64,000 bases of DNA from positions 118,596 to 182,595 of the forward strand of contig CAWBEW010000002.1 of NCBI GenBank assembly GCA_963788045.1, given 5' to 3'. Positions 8,341 through 17,812 of the stretch are shown here, piece by piece. Below the pieces are notes generated by a model. It was not told where the DNA came from and made no database searches. It saw only the letters and a program-made list of their open reading frames with translations. The position numbers and the translations under genes were made by a program. Every line of letters starts with the position of its first letter. The first letter of the stretch is position 1. The stretch comes from an uncultured bacterium. Lineage in GTDB: Bacteria; Babelota; Babeliae; Babelales; Vermiphilaceae.

Positions 8341-9738
8341 ATGCATTTATCAAAACGAATAGCGTTGCTTTTTGGTATGGCAATATCAAGCATGATTGAT
8401 CCCATGGAGCTTCCACCAAAACAGCCAGCCTTACTAAAACTGATAAGTTCTGATGGAAAAGAAATTAAACTTCCGTTAGAAATCATAAAGCAAACAGGGT
8501 TTTATAGAGAAATTCTTCAAAAATACAAAGCTGCCAATTTTACTCTTTCAAGCAATATTTCAAGCCAAGTATTAACAGAAATTTCCCAATTCATGCAAAT
8601 GCTTTACCAGAACCAAGATCTTGGTCAAGCGGAGCTCATCAATAAGGCCGAAAAAGAGATTCGCATTCACGATAATTATGCATTTGCAGTTGCTGTCAAA
8701 TATTGGGATTTTGAACCTGGTATTGCTCTCATTTCAGAAAAATATAGAAAATCTGATTATTTTTTTCCGCAAACAGATTATGAATATTATATGAAACTTA
8801 TTGAAGAACTAAATCCGAAAGCATATGAAAAACTCAAAAAATGTAGATCTGTAAATCGTCAACCATGTTTGGTAATATCTCTTAGTAAAGAATCTGAAGG
8901 GGTTATTGGAGGAAGTGAACTATACCAAGGTTATCCTATTCTTGCGATAAATCCCGGAATAAAATTATGGAATGAAAAAAGTAAGAAAAACTATCTGAAA
9001 AAATATCTTGATTATTATAATGAAAATCCAATAGCTTCTATACTTTTAATCGATGAATTAAAAACTTATATGAGCATAATAAAAGATCTTGCACCTTCTT
9101 TATATGAAGCGATTGTAGCAGTCGATCCTACCGGGGCTGACCATATTAAAAGAGATGATTCAAATGGATCAAAAAATGCTTTTGTTGGTTTTTCAAAAAA
9201 AGATGGATTACCAGTGCTTTTTGTAGGATCTGAAACAAATCAGACTCCAAGAGAACAACTTCGGTTCACCATTGCGCATGAATTAGGGCATTATGTATTA
9301 GATCATATTTTTGAGCAATCAGCCAAAAAACATAAAATTTTAGAAAAAATTATTATAGATAAAAGAATTTTAAAAAAAGGAAAAGAAAAGGCACCATTTG
9401 AGATTAGTGGTCAGTTGCCCTTTGAAAAAAGTTTTCAGCTTGCCTTTTCTCGGACACAAGAATTTGAAGCCGATAGGTTTGCAGTGATAGAATTGGGAGT
9501 ATCAATCGATGATGCAATTGCCACGGTAAAAAGTTGGATAACTGAAGATGAGGAACATAAATTGAAAGTTCCTGAAAAAGAAACATTTAAAAGCACTCAC
9601 CCATTTTCGACGGCGCGCATACTACAATTTGAAGATCTTCGCCGTGAAGTTGAATTACATCAAGCACAAAAAGGACAACCAAAGCCAATCAATTGGAAAG
9701 CATTGGCTGCTCAATATTTGAAAAAAAAGGAGCTCTAA
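8341..9738 (+). CDS. Skp1/BTB-POZ-like N-terminal domain fused to M48-like zinc metalloprotease
   Basis: LLKLISSDGKEIKLPLEIIKQTGFYREIL ... FTLSSNISSQVLTEISQFM resembles the Skp1 N-terminus. HELGH at 9277-9291 and downstream EFEADRFA are typical of peptidase M48. Confidence 0.6.
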   Translation: MHLSKRIALLFGMAISSMIDPMELPPKQPALLKLISSDGKEIKLPLEIIKQTGFYREILQKYKAANFTLSSNISSQVLTEISQFMQMLYQNQDLGQAELINKAEKEIRIHDNYAFAVAVKYWDFEPGIALISEKYRKSDYFFPQTDYEYYMKLIEELNPKAYEKLKKCRSVNRQPCLVISLSKESEGVIGGSELYQGYPILAINPGIKLWNEKSKKNYLKKYLDYYNENPIASILLIDELKTYMSIIKDLAPSLYEAIVAVDPTGADHIKRDDSNGSKNAFVGFSKKDGLPVLFVGSETNQTPREQLRFTIAHELGHYVLDHIFEQSAKKHKILEKIIIDKRILKKGKEKAPFEISGQLPFEKSFQLAFSRTQEFEADRFAVIELGVSIDDAIATVKSWITEDEEHKLKVPEKETFKSTHPFSTARILQFEDLRREVELHQAQKGQPKPINWKALAAQYLKKKEL

Positions 9739-9776
9739 ACACATAACTTCAACGCGATTTTTTTCATAGAGTAAAA

Positions 9777-10340
9777 TCATGATCTGAGATCAAAATAGAC
9801 ATACCCATCTTCTTCAAGTGTTTTTACAAAGCCCATCTTTTTGTAAACCGCTTGTGCCGCATGGTTTTCAGAGCGGGTTACCAAAGTAATGATACTTGCA
9901 CCCTGTTTTTTGAGCGCATCAATGGCATAGCGCATAAGCTGTTGGGCATATCCTTTGCCGCGGAATTCCGGTTTTACATCCAAGAAAAGTACCGTCCCGA
10001 TAAAGAAATTTTTCATATAATAGGCAACGAAACCCACAAATTTATCTGCTTCGCGCAATACTTTTATTGATAGCTTGCCAAAATAGCGCGCATCATCTTT
10101 ATTGGGCGATCGGGTTTTGAGCATACTCTCCGCAGAATAATCTGGGCTTGAAAGCAACCAATATTTATCTTGCTTGAAAATATCCAAAATTTCCTGCGTA
10201 TCACGCGTCTCATTATAATCTTGAATGAGGCCAGTTATTTGCGCTGCTTCTTGCGGTTGAGGAAGATAATAATAAATTGTAAGTCCCCCAAATGAGAGGG
10301 CAAGAATCAATGCGGTTATTTTTATTAATTTTTTAGTCAT
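9777..10340 (-). CDS. GNAT family N-acetyltransferase with signal/anchor
   Basis: MTKKLIKITALILALSFGGL N-terminus. VKPEFRGKGYAQQLMRYAIDALKKQG acetyl-CoA-binding motif. Confidence 0.75.
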   Translation of the reverse strand: MTKKLIKITALILALSFGGLTIYYYLPQPQEAAQITGLIQDYNETRDTQEILDIFKQDKYWLLSSPDYSAESMLKTRSPNKDDARYFGKLSIKVLREADKFVGFVAYYMKNFFIGTVLFLDVKPEFRGKGYAQQLMRYAIDALKKQGASIITLVTRSENHAAQAVYKKMGFVKTLEEDGYVYFDLRS

Positions 10341-10360
10341 TTATATCTCCATAATAAGAT

Positions 10361-10401
10361 GATTCGATACACTCGCTCCGCGAGCACTCATCATGTGTAA
10401 C
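10361..10401. repeat. module A repeat copy
   Basis: GATTCGATAC-ACTCGCTCCGCGAGC-ACTCATCATGTGT. Compare GGTTCGATACGATTGC..GCAATCACTCACCATGTG at 38514 and 27608. Confidence 0.65.
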
Positions 10402-10404
10402 TCT

Positions 10405-10989
10405 TCATTTTTTTAGCGTCACCACAACAGTTTGGGGTGCAGCAGGCACTCGGCCTTCTTCTTCAATGAAACTGATTTCTGTTTCACCGGCAGCAATTTT
10501 TTCCCAAATATGTTTTGCCACCACATCATTTTTCTTAATCCATGCCCAAACTTTGCTTACACCTTGGACCTTTACCTCTTGAATAGCCGATTTCAAAAGT
10601 GCCGAAGCAAAGCCTTTGTTTCGCTGTTCTTTTTTGACCGCAATAAGACCTATATGGCAAACCCTGATAGATGGGCAAGTTGGCTCATACATCATAAAAC
10701 CAGCCACTTCATTGTTATCACGCACAACTTTAATAAGCGCAGTTCCATTTTTTTTATCAGTATTTGGAGAAAGGGTACGATTTATTAATGCTTTCTCTTC
10801 ATCAAAACAAAGAGCATATTCGTTAGAAATTAATGCGTCCTTATTCATCTTTATAATGGCTAATACCTGTGCGCGATCTCGATCATCAACATAGTCCATT
10901 ACTTTTTCTTGTGTAGTTACCAATTGTTCCATAGCATTTATACTGATTGGGCTTGCCATAATCAAAAGAAGCGCTACTTTAACATTCAT
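10405..10989 (-). CDS. GNAT family N-acetyltransferase with signal peptide
   Basis: Start at MNVKVALLLIMASPISINA. VKKEQRNKGFASALLKSAIQEVKVQG motif. Paralog of 9777-10340. Confidence 0.7.
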   Translation of the reverse strand: MNVKVALLLIMASPISINAMEQLVTTQEKVMDYVDDRDRAQVLAIIKMNKDALISNEYALCFDEEKALINRTLSPNTDKKNGTALIKVVRDNNEVAGFMMYEPTCPSIRVCHIGLIAVKKEQRNKGFASALLKSAIQEVKVQGVSKVWAWIKKNDVVAKHIWEKIAAGETEISFIEEEGRVPAAPQTVVVTLKK

Positions 10990-11743
10990 TATTATTCCTT
11001 TTAATAGCATATTCAATATTATACAGCATCAATCCATGCGCTGGAGCCGTCGGCAAAAGCTGCAATGGATTTTTTGCATCAAGCGCTTTTTGCAAATCAT
11101 CAATCTTCAAGGTATCACGCGAGGCGACTTCCAAGCAAGCGCCAACTATTCTACGGATCATATACCGTAAAAAGCCCGGGCCTTTGATTATAATCCGATA
11201 CCCTTTAACCTCGCTAATGAATTCAACTCCCACTTCATCAATCGTGCGAACCGTATTTTCATACTCATCGCCGGTGCAAAATGACCGAAAATCATGGGTG
11301 CCTACAAAAATAGAAAGAGCCTTTTTTAATTTTTCTAATTTGACCGGATAGCGGTAGTAATAGCCGTACCGCGCACTCATGGGCAACGGGCGCTCTTGAA
11401 AAAAATGATAGTGATATGTTTTTTGTTTTACATTCTTGCGCGGATTCCAATCAAGTGGAACTTCTTGAATGCTTCGCAAAAGAATAGACTCTGGCAAAAT
11501 ATTTTGCCACGCACTGCGCAAATCTTCTGGCTTAATGTTTAAATCGATACTAAAGGCCGCAGTTTGGCCAAGCGCATGGACTCCTGCATCAGTGCGTGAT
11601 GCTCCGGCAATAGTAATCTCTTTGCCAAATACCTCTCTAAACGTATCTTGCAAAACTCCTGCAATAGTAGGATGGCCGGGTTGCACTTGCCACCCATAAA
11701 AATCGGTGCCATCATAGGCGACTATGATCTTATATTTTTTCAT
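10979..11743 (-). CDS. truA: tRNA pseudouridine38-40 synthase TruA
   Basis: MKKYKIIVAYDGTDFYGWQVQPG and RTDAGVHALGQ catalytic motif. Confidence 0.9.
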   Translation of the reverse strand: MKKYKIIVAYDGTDFYGWQVQPGHPTIAGVLQDTFREVFGKEITIAGASRTDAGVHALGQTAAFSIDLNIKPEDLRSAWQNILPESILLRSIQEVPLDWNPRKNVKQKTYHYHFFQERPLPMSARYGYYYRYPVKLEKLKKALSIFVGTHDFRSFCTGDEYENTVRTIDEVGVEFISEVKGYRIIIKGPGFLRYMIRRIVGACLEVASRDTLKIDDLQKALDAKNPLQLLPTAPAHGLMLYNIEYAIKRNNNEC

Positions 11744-11748
11744 TAGTA

Positions 11749-12033
11749 TTAATTCTGATGCGCCTCTAATAATATATGAATACGATGGTCTTTATGAAAG
11801 GTATGATGCAATTTTGCTTCTACAAAATATGCAACGATTTGAGTTAGGACAGCAATTTTATGATCTTTCGCCTCATTCGCTTTTTTATAATCGTGAATTA
11901 TTTCGTCTTTCTTTTCAATTACTCTTTTCTGTGCCTCAATAATTTCGTCCAATTCTTTATGGCAATGATGATCATGCGCAAAAACGAAAGAAGATGATAC
12001 AAGTAATACGATAGACCAAAATAAACGGTTCAT
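11749..12033 (-). CDS. small secreted His-rich hypothetical protein
   Basis: MNRLFWSIVLLVSSSFVFA signal followed by HDHHCH. Coiled-coil-like remainder. Confidence 0.45.
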   Translation of the reverse strand: MNRLFWSIVLLVSSSFVFAHDHHCHKELDEIIEAQKRVIEKKDEIIHDYKKANEAKDHKIAVLTQIVAYFVEAKLHHTFHKDHRIHILLEAHQN

Positions 12034-12070
12034 TAGCGATCCTTTCAAAATATTGTTTTTTTAGTCTTGG

Positions 12071-12373
12071 TTATCGGGTAGCGATATATATTACCAAAAA
12101 TGCAGCTGCACCAGAAACAGCGCCCACACTAAATGATTTGACGAGTGTCTTAAAAGTATACCCATCTTTTCTTGCTTCTTCCAAACTTTCAGCGAGACGA
12201 TGATTTTCAGAACATTTACCCAGATAGGCCTCAACAAGTTCATGTTTGGTGGCATTTTTTGCAAATATTATTTCATGCTGATGCGGATAATGATCGGCAT
12301 TAATGGTATTTGAAACTAAAGAAAGTAGAAGTCCCAGAAAAATATGTTTGCCAAATTGCTTTATTATTAGCAT
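12071..12373 (-). CDS. small hypothetical protein with signal peptide and C-terminal TM helix
   Basis: 100 aa. GKHIFLGLLLSLVSNTINA signal-like. C-terminal SVGAVSGAAAFLVIYIA hydrophobic segment. Confidence 0.45.
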   Translation of the reverse strand: MLIIKQFGKHIFLGLLLSLVSNTINADHYPHQHEIIFAKNATKHELVEAYLGKCSENHRLAESLEEARKDGYTFKTLVKSFSVGAVSGAAAFLVIYIATR

Positions 12374-12389
12374 ATAAAACCTCGTTGAT

Positions 12390-12425
12390 AAAAAAATAAA
12401 CCCATTACTTTAGAATAATGGGTTT
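12390..12425 (-). terminator. Rho-independent terminator downstream of typA
   Basis: 10-bp stem AAACCCATTA / TAATGGGTTT (12398-12407, 12416-12425), followed on the minus strand by a T-rich tract (12390-12397). Confidence 0.6.
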
Positions 12426-12443
12426 ACTAATTTTTGCGAATAT

Positions 12444-12469
12444 ATCCTTCGACTCAGCTCAGGATGAAC
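12444..12469. repeat. short module B repeat (ATCCTTCGAC..CTCAGGATGA)
   Basis: ATCCTTCGACTCAGCTCAGGATGAAC. Same core as 27515-27537 and 33361-33383. Confidence 0.65.
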
Positions 12470-12476
12470 ATTGAAA

Positions 12477-14277
12477 TTATTTTCTTAATGCAGCGCGTAA
12501 AACTTTCTTACGCAAACGAATATGGTCCGGAGTCACCTCGATAAGTTCATCAGGGCGAATCCATTCCATACACATTTCAAGATCCATAGGCTTAGGCGGT
12601 GCAAGTTTAATTGCATCATCAGAGCCAGAAGCACGCATATTGGTAAGTTTCTTTTCTTTGCACGGATTCACATCCATATCATCATCACGGCTTGATTCAC
12701 CAATGATCATACCTTCATAAACTTCATCGCCAGGCTTAATAAAGAGCGTTCCGCGTTCTTGCAAGTTATCAAGTGCAAAACCGGTCGCAACCCCGTTTTC
12801 CATAGAAACAATCGCACCTTTATTACGGGTTTGAATATCACCTTTATATGGCTCATATCCATGGAAGCTAAAGTTCACAATACCGTTTCCACGCGTATCA
12901 GTTAAAAATTGGCTTCTAAATCCAAGCAATGCGCGAGATGGAACATGAAATTCTAAACGCATACGGCCATCATCATACATATGCATGCCGATCATTTGGG
13001 CTTTTCGGCGACCCATATTTTCCATCACCACGCCTTGGTTTTCTTGCGGAATATCAAGCAACACATATTCAATCGGTTCATTTTTAACACCGTTGATCGT
13101 TTTATAAATTACTTCAGGTGCAGAAAGTTGCAATTCAAAGCCTTCACGGCGCATATTTTCAACCAATACACCCAAGTGCAATTGTCCACGGCCTGAAACT
13201 TTGAATGATTCAGGAGATTCGGTCGGCTCAACACGCAATGCAACGTTGATGCGTAATTCTTTTTCTAAGCGATCTTTTAAATGGCGCGAGGTTAAAAATT
13301 TGCCATCTCTGCCATTAAAAGGAGAATCGTTAACCGAGAAATAAATCGAAACGGTCGGCTCATCAACTTTTACATACGGATGCGGCAATGGATACGCCAA
13401 CTTCACAAATAGTGGTCCCAATAGAAACTGGTTCATCAAAACCGGTCATGGCAACAATATCGCCAAAGCCTGCATCATCAGTTTCAACACGTTTAAGCCC
13501 AACGAATTTATAAATTTTGGTAATTCTTATCGGTTGCGCTTACTTTATCATCTTTGCAGCAAATTACTTGTTGGCCAACTTTCATGAACCGCTAAAAATA
13601 CGGCCAATAGCAATAGGCCCTAAGAAATCTGAGTGATCAAGACTGGTGACTAAAAATTGTAAATGATCAGCTTTTGCAGTTGGAGCAGGAACGTGTTTAA
13701 TGATCGCTTCAAAAAGCGGAGTCATATCGCCCGAGCGTGCATTCGTATCAGTCGAAACATAGCCAGATCTACCCGAACCATATAAATGAGGGAAAACCAA
13801 TTGGTTTTCATCAGCTGCTAAATCTAAGAATAAGATCTTGAATTGCAGCTTTCAGTGCGTTCAATATCAGCATCTTTACGATCAATTTTATTAATCAAAA
13901 CAATCGGCTTTAAATTTAATTGGAGCGCCTTTTGCAACACAAATCGCGTGCCGGGCAATACCCCTTCAGCAGCATCCACCAATAATAAAAATCCTTCAAC
14001 CATCTGCAGAGTACGTTCAACTTCGCCACCAAAATCACTGTGGCCGGGAGTATCAACGATATTAATTGCATAATCTTTATACACAACTACCGGTATTTTT
14101 AGCCAAAATGGTAATACCACGTTCACGCTCAAGATCATTGGAGTCCATGACTCGCTCAGCAGATTCTGCCTTAATGGTTCCTGATTGCTTAAGCAATTGA
14201 TCAACCAAGGTTGTTTTACCATGGTCAACGTGGGCAATAATAGCAATATTTCGAATATGTGAACGATCATTATTCAT
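12477..14277 (-). pseudogene. typA: translational GTPase TypA/BipA, 5' third broken by multiple frameshifts
   Basis: [20 protein letters not shown] and NKIDR motifs. I count at least 6 frame changes between about 13410 and 14100 (pieces 14077-14277, 13824-14270, 13582-13800 plus unlisted short pieces). The C-terminal 320 aa (12477-13439) are intact. Confidence 0.8.
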
Positions 14278-14477
14278 GGTTTTTCTCGATATTTATTATT
14301 AATTAAGGGGGGAATTGATTAGCATCACAAAATACTAAATAACCTCTCCATTTACTCTTCAAGTTTTATCCTAACAGAATATTTCTATCTGTCAAGCACA
14401 AGATCCCATTTTTCCCTGTGGCCGGCATAACCGATCCTTAAGAAAAACGGGATCTTTGCTAATTTGCAACTATTTGT

Positions 14478-14762
14478 TTAGAAATGGCCCGCAGAATAAG
14501 GCAAAAGTGCCATTACGCGTGATTTTCTAATATTGCGTGCCAAATCTCGTTGGTGCAAGCTGCAATTGCCTGAAATACGTGCCGGTAAAATTTTGCCACG
14601 CTCAGTAGGAAATTCTTTAAAAATGCGCCATTTTTATAATCAAGAAGTAGCTTGTTCAGCATTTCCACAGAAACGGCAATGTTTTTTGCCGCCAAAACCT
14701 TGTTTACGGAATCTTTTCTTGAGTAAACGGGCATTAATCTTAAGTTTGATTTTCTTAGTCAT
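14478..14762 (-). pseudogene. rpsR: ribosomal protein S18, at least 2 frameshifts
   Basis: [46 protein letters not shown] and [37 protein letters not shown] lie in three different frames. Confidence 0.7.
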
Positions 14763-14787
14763 AAGTTACCTTTTAAAATTACCTTAG

Positions 14788-14842
14788 AAGCCTGCCCGCC
14801 GAAGCTTGCCGAGCCAGAAGGCCCGGATAAGCGTAGGCTGGA
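14788..14842. repeat. module C repeat copy
   Basis: CCTGCCCGCCGAAGCTTGCCGAGCCAGAAGGCCCGGATAAGCGTAGGCTGG. Near-identical internal hairpin at 59195-59241. Confidence 0.75.
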
Positions 14843-15295
14843 TTACGCCATCAATCGTCTGAAGAGTCCGTTATCATTATCATCAGACAGATCATCTATT
14901 CTGTTATCTTTCATGAATGAGCCAACTTCACGAGCCGGCGTTTCTTCCAGAGATTGTGGGCGTTGATATACCAAAGATTCATGTATCAAGCGCTGATAAT
15001 CATTGAACGCATAACTAAGCTTCATGCATTTTAACATCCAGCAAGGTTTTAACATCTATCAACCAATTCCGGTTGAGCCGTTTCAAAACGAGCCAAGAAA
15101 TAGACGCCGTAATCATTTTTTTTGACTGGGATAGGCCAGGCGATATTTGCCCCAGCGCTCAAAGGAGACCATTGATCCTTTTTTATCGGCAACCAAGCGA
15201 TCAAATTGTTGTTCGATCGATTTGGCTCTCATCCGCAGTAATTTCAGGAACGGTAAGCATAAACGCTTCGTAGCGACTATTAGTTGATTTGACAT
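14843..15295 (-). pseudogene. rpsF: ribosomal protein S6 with acidic tail, at least 3 frameshifts
   Basis: NSRYEAFMLTVPEI, FERWGKYRLAYP, NDYGVYFLARFETAQPELV and VLKCMKL plus the tail DDLSDDNDNG are found in different frames. Confidence 0.6.
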
Positions 15296-15572
15296 ATAAA
15301 AAAGCTCCTTAGGAACTAAATGGAAGTGTTATTACCACTATAAAGCGCACCATGCTGCTTATTTAGTCATATCCAGAAACGGCTATATAAATAAAATGTG
15401 CTCAGGAAACCTAGAATGGATACTAGTATTCCGGCCATTCATCTTCTGGATGGTTAGTCGAGGATCGAACTTACATAGCCTTACCGTAAGCTATGATGAA
15501 GGCATATTTACATAGTACCAGAAATACTGAAAGATCCACTTTCTGGCACTTAATTTTATGAGCGTATGATTT

Positions 15573-16250
15573 TTACGCAAATTTTTGATGGCGTTCAATC
15601 ACGCGACCAATAATTCTAAAATGATCTTTACCACGAACCAATGCGATTGGCGGAGATTTATGGTTCACTGATTCAAGAACAATAAAATCATCAGTATACG
15701 TAACTTGCATGACTGCTCTGAACGTGGTATCATTGCCATATTCTACTGCGGCAATATCACCTGAACGAATCCACACTTCTGGAGATACGATCAAGCAATC
15801 ACCTTTAACAAAGGTTGGCGCCATAAGATTATTATCGATGCACAATGAGAACATTGAGCTATCAGTGGTATTTAATACCGGGATAAAGACATCTTTATAA
15901 CCGGTGGTAATTTGCATTAATTGGTTGTTGTATGGTGATGGATTTGAAGGAATATCACCAACAACTGGCACGATTTGAACTTTTAATTCAACATCTGATT
16001 TTTCTGGCATGCTCACATTGCTATCAATGTTATCAGTACGTTTGCGACGTTGCGCAAATAAATCGATAGGGCTAATTTCAAATGCGTTTGCTAATTTACG
16101 AAGTGAATCTTCATTCCAACGGCGCGTTCCATTTTTAATGTGAGTTAAATAACTTTCAGACATTCCGGTCTTTTCAGCCAGAGTTTTAGTGGTCCAACCT
16201 TTTTCTCTTAAAAGCTCTTTTACTCGCAGTTCGGTAGATCTTGATGACAT
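15573..16250 (-). CDS. XRE-HTH / S24 (LexA-CI-like) repressor, catalytic residues apparently substituted
   Basis: AGGAGG 6 nt upstream. N-terminal HTH LREKGWTTKTLAEKTGMSESYLTHIKNG. C-terminal S24-like beta domain DNNLMAPTFVKGDCLIV ... TFRAVMQ. Intact 225-aa ORF. Confidence 0.7.
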   Translation of the reverse strand: MSSRSTELRVKELLREKGWTTKTLAEKTGMSESYLTHIKNGTRRWNEDSLRKLANAFEISPIDLFAQRRKRTDNIDSNVSMPEKSDVELKVQIVPVVGDIPSNPSPYNNQLMQITTGYKDVFIPVLNTTDSSMFSLCIDNNLMAPTFVKGDCLIVSPEVWIRSGDIAAVEYGNDTTFRAVMQVTYTDDFIVLESVNHKSPPIALVRGKDHFRIIGRVIERHQKFA

Positions 16251-16350
16251 AACGTTGCTCCTCCTGATATCTTATGTAAATTAGTTAATATATTTGGTTA
16301 ATACTTACTGCGCTTAATTCTAATAGTACACAATTATTAAGACTTGTCAA

Positions 16351-17071
16351 ATGGAAAACATCGCGCTATCAACACCTGGTCAATCTGATAAGGGTCAGAG
16401 AGCGTTTCAATAAGAATTATTTTGAACAGGAAGCCTGGGCAAGCCAATCAGGTTATTTGCGGCCTTGATGAAGTGGGCCGAGGATGCCTTGCCGGCCCTG
16501 TCGTTACCGCTGCCGTTATCTTCCTGCCGACAAAAGCACCCGGCTCTTAAAAGATTCCAAAATTATGACTCCTGAAGAACGGCTTAAAGCCTTTGAATGG
16601 ATCGATAAACATTGCTGGTATAGCATAGGAATAGTCCATCATAGCAATAGTGGATGAGCGCAAAATGTCTGGCATGCCACCCTAATCGCCATGAAAAAAG
16701 CCTTGGTTCATCTGCTTGCTCACCGCCCCAATAAAACCATCAAAAATCATCACCGATGCAATGCCTTTAAACCTGAAAGACACTCATTATAATGATATTC
16801 CGGTCCATTATTTTCCCTTTGGAGAGCGGCGATCAAGCACGATTGCCGCAGCCTCAATTGTTGCCAAGGTAAAACGAGATGCCATGATGCGCGCCTGGAT
16901 GCCCTGTTTCCGGGTTATTTACTGGCCACCCATAAAGGCTATAGCACCCCGCCCCATAAGCGAATTCTTCGAGAAGGAGGAAATCAGCTGATTATTCATA
17001 GAGACAGCTTTCTGGCTCGCCTTGAGACGATTACTGAGAATGATTCAGAGGGGCAAGGAACTATTTTATGA
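16351..17071 (+). pseudogene. rnhB: ribonuclease HII, at least 5 frameshifts
   Basis: [82 protein letters not shown] and IIHRDSF sit in alternating frames. Stop overlaps the next ATG (ATGA at 17068-17071). Confidence 0.7.
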
Positions 17072-17661
17072 ATAAAGCCTTCGCCGAAATAATCCAAAGT
17101 AACCTGCAAACTTTCATGGGCCAATGCTGGCACTGGAACCAAATCCCTGCTTTTGGCTCACTGGTGACCATAGAAGGCAAAAATAGGACGATTTTTGGCC
17201 TGGTTTACCAGATAGAAACGGGGTCCATGGAACCGGGCAGGTATCCTTTCCCCTATCAAAAGACCCATGAGGAGCTCTTGGCCGAACAACCTCAGATTTT
17301 CGAATTTTTAAAAACTACCTTTTTATGCGTATCCTTAGGATATGCGCAGACTAGCAAAATCTACTATCTTATGCCACCCGAACCCCCTCTCATTCACTCA
17401 TTTATAGCCCCAGCAACCTCAGAACAAGCGCGCCTCTTTTTCAGCCAAAATAGATATTTAAATCTACTTTTTGGAGCCGGCAACTTGGTGCCCAACCTGG
17501 ACGAACTCCTTTTGGCTCTTCTTAAGACTAAAAATACTCTCAATTCACTCAAAAATAGCCCTTTTTTGAACGATTTTATTGAAAATTACTCATTATTAAC
17601 CGGCAACGATTATCGACGTTTAAAGCTGTTTTTGCATAGAATTGAGGGAATATTGGACTAA
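17068..17661 (+). CDS. hypothetical protein
   Basis: 197-aa ORF translationally coupled to rnhB. No motif recognised. Confidence 0.5.
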   Translation: MNKAFAEIIQSNLQTFMGQCWHWNQIPAFGSLVTIEGKNRTIFGLVYQIETGSMEPGRYPFPYQKTHEELLAEQPQIFEFLKTTFLCVSLGYAQTSKIYYLMPPEPPLIHSFIAPATSEQARLFFSQNRYLNLLFGAGNLVPNLDELLLALLKTKNTLNSLKNSPFLNDFIENYSLLTGNDYRRLKLFLHRIEGILD

Positions 17662-17682
17662 ATTGAGGGGATATTGGACTAA
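17641..17682 (+). repeat. 21-nt tandem duplication spanning a stop codon
   Basis: ATTGAGGGAATATTGGACTAA followed immediately by ATTGAGGGGATATTGGACTAA. The first copy encodes the last 6 codons plus the stop of 17068-17661. Confidence 0.85.
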
Positions 17683-17780
17683 TATGTCTGCATTTTGACC
17701 AAAATTAGATAATAATATCTCTGATTTTTAACCAAGAGTTATTTTGGCTGTTGATACGATTTTCTTTATTTCTGTGTTTA

Positions 17781-17789
17781 TGGTATACT
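17781..17789 (+). promoter_or_regulatory. candidate extended -10 element for the toxin-antitoxin operon
   Basis: TGGTATACT lies 24 nt upstream of the antitoxin ATG. No clear -35. Confidence 0.3.
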
Positions 17790-17812
17790 CCAATTAAACA
17801 GAAAGGAATCCT

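Noticed and set aside
14843-15055. Possible ssb gene between rpsF and rpsR, suggested by the acidic C-terminal tail
   Set aside because: The upstream sequence continues S6 motifs (VLKCMKL) in the same frame, and no OB-fold SSB motifs are seen. The tail is better explained as an acidic S6 extension.
15421-15540. tRNA-like T-arm string (TCGAGGATCGAAC) between rpsF and the repressor gene
   Set aside because: I could not fold a cloverleaf. The T stem does not pair and there is no acceptor or anticodon arm.
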